DNA of 64,000 nt, taken from assembly GCF_963921235.1 (NCBI RefSeq), contig NC_086108.1, positions 87,360,001 through 87,424,000 of the forward strand, given 5' to 3'. Every line of letters starts with the position of its first letter. The stretch's first letter is position 1. This document shows, piece after piece, positions 25,445 to 36,275 of this stretch. The notes beneath the pieces are model-generated. The model made no database searches, was not told the origin of the DNA, and worked only from the letters and a program-made list of their open reading frames with translations. The stretch is from Mobula hypostoma (Eukaryota). The position numbers and the translations under genes were made by a program.

Positions 25445-26630
25445 TTGTTAAGGTGTTAGGGAGAGCGTTTTCCAGCATTAAAGGCTTACGAGTCCACCAA
25501 GCAAAGCTGAGGTGCTTTTCCATCCCAGTGGATGAAGATGAGATTACTTCACCAAGCACAGATGATGTGGTCTTTTCAACCACTGATTCACAAGCCACAG
25601 CGATTCGCTCTGGAGAGAGTCATCATACTCCAGATCGGATGAGAGATAACCCAGGTCAGGTTTCAGACCACAGTACCCAGGTAGATCCTTCACATGATGG
25701 CAGTGGTGAGGAGGTAGAAAAGAAGAGGAAGGTCAAGTGGCCAGCAACAGCATATGTGAAGGCGTGGCGTGTATTTGATGAGGATATCAGTATGATGTTG
25801 GAGAATGCTCTCAGGGGAACGTCAAAGAGAAGGTTGGAAGTATGGGCGATATCACTTGCGATGTTGGAAAGTACAGGTCTGGTTTGGTTGAGTTGAAGAA
25901 AGCAAAGCCTACACAGCAACCAAGCAGGCACCAGAAGGAGATTAGTAGACCCGAAACATCGACAGATCTTTTCCACGGATGCTGCCTGACCTGCTGAGCT
26001 CCTCCAGCGTGTTGTGAGGAGATTAGTAGATTGAGGAGAGAGCTCACAGTCCCCTGGGAAGACAACATCAATGAAGCCCATGAGCACAAGTTAACCAAGT
26101 ATGCAGAATTAAGATCAGAGTGCAGAGACAGAGGGTGGAAGGTCTCATGCTATCCATTCGAAGTATGCTGCCAGGGGTTTATTGCGTTCACTTTCCAGAA
26201 GCGGCTGCATGACATTGGCTTCACTAGAAGAGAGATCAAGTCAACCAGCAAGACTGTAGCTGCGGCAGCAGAGAAAGGATCAGCATAGGTGTGGACCAAG
26301 TATGTCCAGAGGGGCAGATAGTCAGACAGTGTATACATATCTTGCAAACCCTTCAGTAGTTGCATAGACACCTGAAGAGTAGACTATCTGTTGGATGGAA
26401 GTGACCAACAACTCTGACAGAGGCAGATGCCAAGTTTTTAAGCTCACCAGTGGGAGGTGGTGCTTTAGCACTGCTGGCCCACCACCTCGAGGGAGTCTTG
26501 ATCATAAGTGGGCCAAAACTCCTGAAGACAGGTGGCAGATCAACTGATGATCCCACTGGTGATAGCACAGGACAGTTAACATCTTAGTCCACTTGTATTT
26601 TTTAACTCTGCAGATATGCAATATAGCAAG
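25445..26630 (+). mobile_element. Internally deleted HERO-like (R2/NeSL group) element: N-terminus fused to restriction-like endonuclease C-terminus
   Basis: GRAFSSIKGLRVHQAKLRC (zinc-finger-like), KVKWPA; ELTVPWEDNINEAHEHKLTKYAEL..CRDRGW..YPFEV. Confidence 0.8.
25950..26016 (+). mobile_element. 67-bp Penelope pseudo-LTR fragment with 14-bp TSD
   Basis: AGGAGATTAGTAGA at 25936-25949 and 26017-26030. Confidence 0.85.
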
Positions 26631-26984
26631 TAGTAATTTCAAAAGCAACCAGATCTGAATATGGATTGTAGATTGAATTTAAAATGCAGCTCTGAACAAT
26701 GGTCTTGCTGGAGCTGCAGTTTAGAGTAAATTGCAGAGCAGGAAATGTTCAATTGACTTGCAATGTCAGCATGTGTGTGAATGCAATCAACACCCCATTG
26801 CACGAATATGACTCGGAGACCACAGAAATTAACACTCATTTTAGGTGTGTTGGTGGGAAAATCCAGGCATTTGAAAAATTACATGTTACAAAAAAAGCAT
26901 TATGAGGGCATGGTAACTATAGAAATTGTCCTGTTACCTTTGCTCTTTAACATATAAAAGATATGCTGTAACATTGGGTCGGTG

Positions 26985-26985
26985 A

Positions 26986-27017
<32 letters not shown>
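26985..27017. repeat. (CT)n microsatellite
   Basis: Directly visible. Confidence 0.9.
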
Positions 27018-27018
<1 letters not shown>

Positions 27019-27084
27019 GTGACTCCAAAGGCAGTCAGCCTGTGCATGTTGCAAATAATGACTTTTACATCTGACATAAAAACA

Positions 27085-27295
27085 TAATAGCATAAGAAAT
27101 AGGAGCAGGAGTAGGACAGCTGGCCTTTCGAGCCTGCTCTGCCATTCAATAAGATCATGGCTGATCTGGCCATGGACTCACCTCCACCTACCTGCCTTTT
27201 CCCCATAACCCCTAATTCCCCTACTATGCAAAAACCTATTCAACCTTGTTTTAAATATAGTTACTGAGGTAACCTCCACTGCTTCATTGGGCAGA
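27085..27295 (-). mobile_element. CR1 3' fragment
   Basis: CATAAGAAATAGGAGCAGGAGTAGG tail and 3' UTR. Confidence 0.8.
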
Positions 27296-27479
27296 AGGGA
27301 TAATAGCTGATCTCTCTCTGGTGACTTCATTCACAGTCACTGTCTTTGGTTAAATAGGACTCAATGAGCCATGAGTTTAGGCGATTTTCAAATATTCCTA
27401 AATTTCCCTTTCATAAACTAACATAATAAAGTATGGAGAAGCAGCTATTCTGACTGGCAAGAGGTTCAGTTACTGGAGA

Positions 27480-27958
27480 CTTAGGATTAAGGGAAATACA
27501 TAATATAATTTTATGTAAATAAATTACTTTTTGACTATAAATGAATAATTAGATGACTATAAAAGGTTAAAAATACTCTTAAGTGGAATATCAGTAAGTT
27601 AAAGTGAGGGTATGACATAGAGCTGGCAGATAAGGTTAAGGAATATCCCATAATATAATTATTTTAAGAGTAAAAGGGTGGCCAGGGTGACAGCAGATCC
27701 CCTTAGAGATTAGTGGAACTGCCTATGATCTGAGCTGAAGAAGATGGGTGGGATTCTTAAATGAATATTCCTCCTGGGTGTTTACTGGGGAGAAAATCAT
27801 GATTGCGCAAGAGATAGTGTAAGCAAGTGGAGAAATTTAGGAGGAAATTTAGATTACCAGGGAAGAAAGATTTACAGTCTTCAATACATTAAAATGGATA
27901 AATCCCCACGGCCTGATTGAGTGCATCCTCAGACCTTGTGGGAAGCTAGAAGGGAAAT
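27480..27958 (+). mobile_element. Old CR1 ORF2 fragment, resumes at ~30955-31215
   Basis: Degenerate DKSP.PD..HP.TLWEAR.EI, continuing as ALAEI..SS..T.EVP.D after the Rex1 tail. Confidence 0.65.
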
Positions 27959-28349
27959 TTCTAGCTTCCCACAAATGGAAATGCATATGTGAGAATGCTG
28001 TTCTTGGACTACAGTTCAGCATTCAACACCATAGTTCCATCCAGGCTCGACAGGAAGCTCAGAGACCTTGGCCTTCACCCTGCCTTGTGCAGCTGGATCC
28101 TGGACTTCCTGTCAGATTACCAGCAGGTGGTAACAGTGGGCTCCCTCACCACCACCCCTCTGACTCTCAGTGCAGGAGTCCCTCAGGGCTGTGTACTAAG
28201 TCCCCTCCTTTACTCTCTGCATACCCATGACTGTGTTCCCATCCACAACTCTAGTCTGCTAATTAAATTTGCCGACACTACATTGATTGACCTAATCTGA
28301 AACAGTAATGAGGTGGCCTACAGGGAAGAAGTCATCTGTCTGACACAGT

Positions 28350-28653
28350 TTAAGGCAACCATTAGTCTTGCGAGACCATGGATCTGTGCCTGGAAAGTCT
28401 TCACTCTCCAGGTTGCAGGCCTGGGCAAGGTTATATGGAAGACCAGCAGTTGCTGCAAGTCTCCCCTCTCCACAACACCAATGTTGTCCAAGGGAAGGGC
28501 ATTAGGACCCATACAGCTTGGCACCAGTGTCGTCGCAGAGCAATGTGTGATTAAGTGCCTTGCTCAAGGACACAACATGTTCCCTCGGCTGGGGCTCGAA
28601 CTCACAACCTTCAGGTAGTTAGTCCAATGCCTTAACCACTTGGCCACGTGCTC
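28350..28653 (-). mobile_element. tRNA-derived SINE with CORE-like middle and RTE-related tail
   Basis: A box TGGCCAAGTGG, B box GTTCGAGCC, GTGTCCTTGAGCAAGGCACTTAA; TSD ACACAGT at 28343-28349 and 28654-28660. Confidence 0.85.
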
Positions 28654-29304
28654 ACACAGTGGTGTCAAGAAAACAACCTCTCCCTCAATGTCGCAAACAC
28701 AAGGGAGCTGGTTGTGGATTACAAGAGGAACAGAGATAGGCAAATCCCTATTGACATCAATGGATCTGGGGTTGAGAGGGTAAACAGCTTTAAGTTCCTC
28801 GGCATCCACATCACCAAGGACCTCACATGATCTATACACACCAGCTGTGTGGTGAAAAAGGCACAACATCACCTCTATCACCTCAGACAGTTTGAGGAAG
28901 TTTGGTATGGGCCCCCAAGTCCTAAGAACTTTATATGAGGCACATTTGAGAGCATCCTGACTGGCTGGGTCACTGCCTGGTATGGGAACTGTACCTCCCT
29001 TAATCGCAGGACTTTGCAGAGAGTGGTGTGGATAGCCCAGTGCATCTGTAGTTGCAAACTTCTCATAATTCAGGACATTTACAAAGACAGGTGTGTAAAA
29101 AGGGCCCAAAGGATCATTGGGGACCCAAGTCACCCCAACCATAATCTATTCCAGCTGCTACCATCTGGGAAACACAAAATCCAGGACCAACAGGCTCCGG
29201 ACAGTTTCTTCCACCAGGCCATCAGACTGATGGACTCACGCTGACTTGAGTGTATTCTATGTTACATTGACTGTTCTATTTATTATAAATTATTATAAAT
29301 TACT

Positions 29305-30845
29305 GGGACCGGATGAGATGTACCCCAGGCAACTGTGGGAGGCGAAGGAGGAGATTGATGAGCATCTGGTGATGATCTTTGCATCATCAATGGGGGCAGG
29401 AGAGGCTCCGGAGGATTGGAGGGTTGCAGATGTTGTTCCCCTATTCATGAAAGGGAGTAGAGATAGCCCAGGAAATTATAGACCGGTGAGTCTTACTTCA
29501 GTGTTTGGTAAGTTGATGGAAAAGATCCTGAGAGGCAGGATTTATGAACATTTGAAGAGGCATAATATGATTAGCAATAGTCAGCATGGCTTTGTCAAAG
29601 GCGGGTCATGCCTTACAAGCCTGATTGAATTTTCTGAGGATGTGACTAAACACATTGATGATGGTAGAGCGGTAAATGTAGTGTACATGGATTTCAGCAA
29701 GGCATTTGACAAGGTACCCCATGCAAGGCTTCTTGAGAAAATAAAGAGGCATGGAATCCAAGGGGAAATTGCTTTGTGGATCCAGAACTGGCTTGCCCAC
29801 AGAAGGCAAAGAGTGGTTGTAGATGGGTCATATTCTGCATGGAGGTCAGTGACCAGTGGTGTGCCTCAGTGATCTGTTCTGGGACCCCTACTCTTCATGA
29901 TTTTTATAAATGACCTGGATGAAGAAGTGGAGTCATGGGTTAGTAAATTTGCTGATGACACAAAGGTTGGAAGTGTTGTGGATGGTGTGGAGGGCTGTCA
30001 GGGGCTACAGTGGGATGTTGATAGGATGCAAAAATTGGCTGAGAAGTGGGAGATGGAGTTCAACCCAGATAAGTGTGAGGTGGTTATTTTGGTAGGTCAA
30101 ATATGATGACAGAATATAATATTAATGTTAAGACACTTGGCAGTGTGGAGGATCAGAGGGATCTTGGGGTCCGAGTCCACAGGACACTTAAGTCTGCTGC
30201 GCAGGTTGGTAGGAAAGCATATGGTGCATTTGTCTTCATCAGTTATGGGATTGAGTTTAGGAGCCAAGAGGTAATGTTGCAGCTATATAGGACCTTGGTC
30301 AGACCCCACTTGGAGTACTGTGCTCAGTTCTGGTCGCCTCACTATAGGAAGGATGTGGAAACCATAGAAAGGGTGCAGAGGAGATTTACAAGGATGTTGC
30401 CTGGATTGGGGAGTATGCCTTATGAAAATAGGTTGAGTGAACTCGGCCTTTTTTCCTTGGAGCGACTGAGGATGAGAGGTGACTTGATAGAGGTGTTTAA
30501 GATGATGAGAGGCATTGATCGTGTGGATAGTTAGAGGCTTTTTCCCGAGGCTGAAATGGCTAGCATGAGAGGGCACAGTTTTAAGGTGCTTGGAAGTAGA
30601 TACAGAGGAGATATCAGGGGTAAGTTTTTTACGCAGAGAGTGGTGAGTGCATGTAATGGGCTGTAGGCAACGGTGGTGGAGGCAGATATGATAGGGTCTT
30701 TTAAGAGACTCCTGAACAGGTATATGGAGATCAGAAAAATAGAGGGCTATGGGTAACCCTAGGTAATTTCTCAGGTAAGGACATGTCGGCACAGCTTTGT
30801 GGGCCAAAGGGCCTGTATTGTGCTCTAGGTTTTCTATGTTTCTAA
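29305..30845 (+). mobile_element. 5'-truncated CR1 (RT to tail) with 8-bp TSD
   Basis: NYRPVSLTS, KFADD; AAATTACT at 29297-29304 and 30846-30853. Confidence 0.92.
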
Positions 30846-31734
30846 AAATTACTATGATTGCACATTGCACATTTAGATGAAGACATGACGTAAAGATTTT
30901 TACTCCTCATGTATATGAAGGATGTAAGAAACAAAGTCAATTCAAATTCACCCTAAGGCCCTTGCAGAGATATCTGCTTCTTCAGTAGATACTGATGAAG
31001 TTCCAAAGACCGGAAGGTGGCGAATATTAATCTGTTGTTTAATAAGAGTAGCAAGGACAAGCCAGGGAACTACAGGCTTATCAGCCTGACATCGGTACTG
31101 TGGACTGTATCTACCAGTATCTGGATAGACACAGTCTGATTAGAAGGATTCAGCTTGGCTATGTACATGGAAGATTGTGGTGAATGAACCTTTTAGAGTT
31201 TTTGAGGAAGTAACTTTCAACCACTACCCTCTGCTTCCTACCTCAGTGGCAATTTTGAATTCACCTAACTTTCTCTCTCTGGATTCCACAGAATGTAAAC
31301 AGCCTGGCATGTGGACATGTCGGAAGCTTTGCAAAGATCCTAATAGATGATACTCACTGTCCTACTCTCATCTACCATTTTGGTTACAGTCAGAATTCAG
31401 CAACTGGCAAAGATACTTACATAGTTTGACCTGCCATTAAAAAGGTGAGAAATGCAGATGGATTGAAGAGCAAAGGAAAGCACGTAATTTATACAGGCAG
31501 AGCTTAAGCTGTTAGTTCTTATTGTTTCATCTTGGTACAATGAAGACATTGTAGGTGCAGTGTGATTGCTTAATCTGTGGAGTGGATGATGGTCAGGAAA
31601 ATATGGATGTGCTTACACTTCGCTCTTTAAGTAAATGTGAATAGAATTGTGCACAAGTACAAAGGACACGTAATCCACCATTCTTGAAACAAAGCAGTTT
31701 TATTTGGGTGGATCTTTCATTTGACACTAACCAA

Positions 31735-32082
31735 GACTATGCGAAAGTCTCTAGACGAACGTCAAGCTCTATGACGACCTACCGATGCTCACCACTAAAA
31801 TCGAGGCAAGAAGACAGCATCTAGCAGTGCACTGTCTGCGCCACCCCAAGCTACCTGCCAGCCTAGTCATCATATGGGAGCCCAAGCATGGGAGGATGAA
31901 CCCTGGGCACCCTCCCAAGACTATGGTCAACACGCTCCTAGAAGACAGAGGCGCGGATAATGTAGATGAACTGAACACACTGATGAGGGAGAGGGAGAAG
32001 TGGAGAGTCCGTCATCGTGCCCAACGCCGGCCCCCTAGGCCTGAGTCAACATCGTAGTAGTAGTAGTAGTAGTGGTAGTAGT
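31735..32082 (+). mobile_element. RTE-clade 3' fragment with (GTA)n tail
   Basis: HCLRHPKLPASLVIIWEPKHG..GHPPKT..LMREREKWR; (GTA)n at ~32054-32082. Confidence 0.75.
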
Positions 32083-32345
32083 AAGACCATAAGACAAAGG
32101 AGCAGAAGTTGGCCATTCGGCCTATCGAGTCTGCTCCGCCATTTTATCATGAGCTGATCCATTCTCCCATTTAGTCCAACTTCCCCCGCCTTCTCACCAT
32201 AACCTTTGATGTCCTGGCTACTCAGATACCTATCAATCTCTGCCTTAAATACACTTGGCCTCCACTGCTGCCCGTGGCAACAAATTCCATAGATTCACCA
32301 CCCTCTGGCTAAAAAAATTTCTTCACATCTCTGTTCTGAATGGGA
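32082..32345 (-). mobile_element. CR1 3' fragment abutting the RTE tail
   Basis: TAAGACCATAAGAC tail plus CR1 3' UTR. Confidence 0.8.
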
Positions 32346-33394
32346 GTTCATTTTAGTCACAGACTAAGAACTTGTATCCGCCCCTCAACATTCAAAAGCA
32401 CAATTTCAACCATGGTAGCTTCAGTAAAGTAGAGTAGGGTGACTCTGATATTCCAATATGACTACAGGCAAATCTCAAGTTATATGGAGGACATGTTCCT
32501 TTAAAAAGGTGGGCATTTGAAATTAACTAGAAGAATAAAATGGGAATAGGGACCTTGTTGCAAGATTTGATAAACTTATTTTATAATGAAAAGATATTGT
32601 ATACAGTCTGAAGCAGACAGAACGAAAATGCTGAGGTCCCGTCCCCCCCCCCCCATACAAGCATGATGATGGCCAAATTGACCATTTCAGAGAATTCAAA
32701 CTGATTTTTTATCCGAAAGATAACAACAACCTTCTAGTCTTTATTGGCACTCATTCTGAGGAGATTGAAGTTCAACATGTGGGATCACATACAACAACAG
32801 AACATAAAATTGAAGAGCTGAGATTGATTTTCGTAACCTATAAGTATACCCAAAGAATTGATGTCAGATAAGAGACTTCTGTTTGAATGCTTATAAAATG
32901 CAGTGCTCTTAAATTTTCATTAATTTCTCCCATAACTTCTAAGAGTGAAACTGAAAAGTCTGAATGTATCCTTAAGAAACTCCTGAAAAGAAATTGTTTA
33001 GATAATCTCTTGTTCAAGCATTATACAATGCCACATTCTACCAATAGATGAAATATAGCAAAACTGTTGATATATTATTAAACATCTAACACATTTGAGT
33101 TTACTGTAGCCAAGCATGAAGGATTGGTCTGTAAAACAGAAGTTCATGTAAAAGCAAGATGATGATTCAAAAACACGAGAAAATCTACAGACGCTAGAAA
33201 ATAAAATTAATACACACAAAATGCTGGAGGAACTTGGCAGGCCAGGCAGCATCAATGGAAAAGAGTACAGTTGATGTTTCAGACTGAAACCCTTAATCAA
33301 GACTTCATCAAGATTCAAATCCCAACAACTCGTTGGGAAGAGGCAAAGGGAAGCAGTTCGAGCATCATGAAAAAGTGAGAGTACTAAGACCAAA

Positions 33395-33770
33395 GAATGG
33401 AGAATATAGAATACTACAGCACATTACCAGCCTTTTGGCTCATGATGTTGTACTGAACATTTAACTTACTCTAAGATCAATCTAACCCTTCCCTCATACA
33501 TGGTCCTCAATGTTTCTATCATCTATGTGCCTATCTGAGAGTTTTATAAGTGTCCGTAATGTATCTGACTCTACCACCAACCCAGACAACACATTCCATG
33601 CACCTACCACTTTGTGTAATAAAAACTTACCTCTGACATTCACATATAATTTCCTCCAATCATCTTAAAATTATAGCCCTTTTCCACCCTGGGAAAAAGT
33701 GTCTGCCAACCACTCAATCTTTGCCTCTTTTCATCTTGTACACCTCTATCAAGTCACCACTCATCCTCCT
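33395..33770 (-). mobile_element. Old CR1 3' fragment
   Basis: Similar to 18010-18265 and 12270-12460. Confidence 0.7.
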
Positions 33771-33774
33771 TCAC

Positions 33775-34910
33775 CGCATAGCTGGGACCCATGCGAGTGC
33801 AATGGCCACATGTATGCTATGCCCGCCTGTTTGTCAGCTACGTGGAATAGTCTATATTCCAAGCCTACACTGATGGCCATCCCACACTTTTCCTATGCTA
33901 CATCAGTGACTGCATTGGTGCTGCTTCCTGCACCAGTGCTGAACTTGTCGATTTCATCCACTTTGCCTCCAACTTCCACCCTGCCTTCAAGTTCACCTGG
34001 TCCATTTCCGACATCTCCCTCCCCTTCCTTGATCTCTCTGTCTCTATCTCTGGAGACAGCTTATCCACTAATGATTACTACAAACCCACGGACTTCCACA
34101 GTTACCTGGACTACAGCTCCTCCCACTTATTACTTGTTAAAAACACCATCCTCTTCTCTCAATTCCTCTGGCTCCAAAGCATCCGCTCTCAGGATGAGGT
34201 TTTTTATTCCAGAATGAAGGAGATGTCCTCCTTCTTCAAAGAAAGGGGCTTCCCTTCCTTCACCATCAATGCTGCCCTCAACTGCATCTCTTCCATTTCA
34301 CACACGTTTGCTCTTAGCCCTTCCTCCTGTCACGCTACCAGGGATAGGGTTCCTCTTATCCTTACCTACCATCCCACCAGCCTCCATGGCCAGCACATAA
34401 TCCTCTGCAAATTCCGCCATCTCCAATGGGATCCCACCACCAAGCACATTTTTCCTCCAACCTGATGGCATGAACATTGATTTCTCGAGCTTCTAATAAT
34501 GGCCCCCACCTCGCCTTCACCATTCCCCATTTCCATCTCTCACCTTACCTCTTTGCCTATCCATCATCTTCATCTGGTGCTCTTCTCCCTTTTCTTTCTT
34601 CCATGGCCTTCTGTCCTCTCCTATCAGACTTCCTCTTCTCCAGCCCTGTATCTCTTTCACCAATCTACTTCCCAGCTCTTTACTTCATCCCCCCTCCCAG
34701 TTTCTGCTATCACCTCGCGTTTCTCCCTCCCCCCCCCCCACCTTTTAACTCTACCCCTCAACTTTTTTTTCTCCAGTCCTGCTGAAGGGTCTCGGTCTGA
34801 AACGTTGACTCTACTTTCTTCCATCGATGCTGCCTGGCCTGCTGAGCTCCTCCAGCATTGTGTGTGCATTGCTTGGATTTCCAGCATCTGCAGATTTTCT
34901 CTTGTTTGTG
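33775..34910 (+). mobile_element. Degenerate Penelope-like element: RT fragment plus pseudo-LTR; GIY-YIG region missing
   Basis: Frameshifted YA.LFV.YVE, FASNFHPAFKFTWSISD.S.PFLDL, YKPTD, EMSSFFKERGFP; pyrimidine-rich tract then hammerhead-like motif at 34775-34810. Confidence 0.85.
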
Positions 34911-34914
34911 ATTC

Positions 34915-35165
34915 GACCACAACTATGGACTCACTTTCAAGGACTCTATGACTCATTCACAATATTATTTATTTATTATTTTTTTCCTTTTGTATTTGCA
35001 CAATTTATTGTCTTTTGTGCATTGCTTGTTTGTCTTTGAATGCAGTTTTTCTTTGATTCTATTGTGTTTCTTTGTATTTACTGTGAGAAAATAAATCTCA
35101 GGGTTGTATATGGTGACATATCTGTACTTTGATAATAAATTTACTTTGAACATTGAACTTTGAAC
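34915..35165 (+). mobile_element. SINE-like 3' fragment with (TTTGAAC)n tail
   Basis: GATAATAAATTTACTTTGAACATTGAACTTTGAAC. Confidence 0.6.
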
Positions 35166-36275
35166 ATAATATATTGGGGTTATATGAGGACAACATTACT
35201 CCAGAAGTGAATTTTGAACCATCCACTGAAGAAGAAATTCATTTAAATAATGAGTTAAAACAGGATATCTCATATTTTCAGAGAAAGCCAATCAATAAAC
35301 AATTTGTAACTGCTCCGCATTTGTGAAGCACTTTTGCTAAGATGGAATGCAGTATGGTGCACTTTTGTAGAAATATGTCATGTGTAGATGTGACATAATG
35401 ACATCAATAACTTGTGCAATACAAGCACATATGATAGTAGTTGTCGTTAGCTTGCAATAAAGAGTGAACATTTGTTCTTCATGTCGTCTGGACCCTTTTT
35501 TAATGTGGTAGTTGCCATCTTCAATAGTTGTTCATGGAGCACTCCCTCAATAGAACTACAAAAAGAACTGGATATTGAGATTTTATCTTCATCAATCTAT
35601 GACCACTAAGGCCTCCTACTTTGCTGTATTCATTCATGTCGCTATCATTTATTTCTAAAGAATAGAAGTCTCAGGATGGTGCAGATCCCTGTGAAAGAGA
35701 GGTGCTGTTATTGAATATGTTCTTTCAGAATGCTGTCAAAAATTTATTAATCAAAGTGAATCTCTCTGTAGAGATTATCCCTTAACATACAACTTCTGAA
35801 TGTAAATTAACTAATTATCTTTGAGTTCTCTCTCATTCTTAAAATAGATCTATTAAATTTTGATCTCATCTGTTTAAACTTCTAATCTGTTCATGTATAT
35901 TTAAGTATTTAAGGTAAGACTGTCTTCACTGCAAATGAAGAAATGAAAAGCAGGTGACAAAGTGGAATTTTTTAGACCAGATATTAAATGAAAGAGAGCT
36001 TGATTCTCCACAGCGCATCTGATTTGAGAGAAAATTCAGTGGATTAAGCCTTTTTTGTACCTCCATCCAAGTCACATTTATCTTTCCCAGGACTACAGCT
36101 GGCCTTGATTGTGAAAGACAACTATTCTTTCTGCTGCTTCCTAGGAAGGGGAGAGGACGCAGAGGGGTATAGACTGAAGGAGTAAGGAGAAAGGAAGAAG
36201 GATGAGGAAGGAAGTTGCAGACCGACAAGTTTAAAAAGAAGAGAAGGGAGGGGCGACATGAGGGGCAAAAAAGCA

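Larger units (their letters stand above)
27980..30950 (+). mobile_element. Rex1/Babar fragment hosting a SINE and a CR1
   Basis: DYSSAFNTI, GVPQGCVLSP, KFAD; FKFLGIHI; (AATTC)n tail at ~30938-30950. Confidence 0.88.

Noticed and set aside
28575..28650. tRNA gene
   Set aside because: A and B boxes are present but run into a SINE body with TSDs; no complete cloverleaf seen
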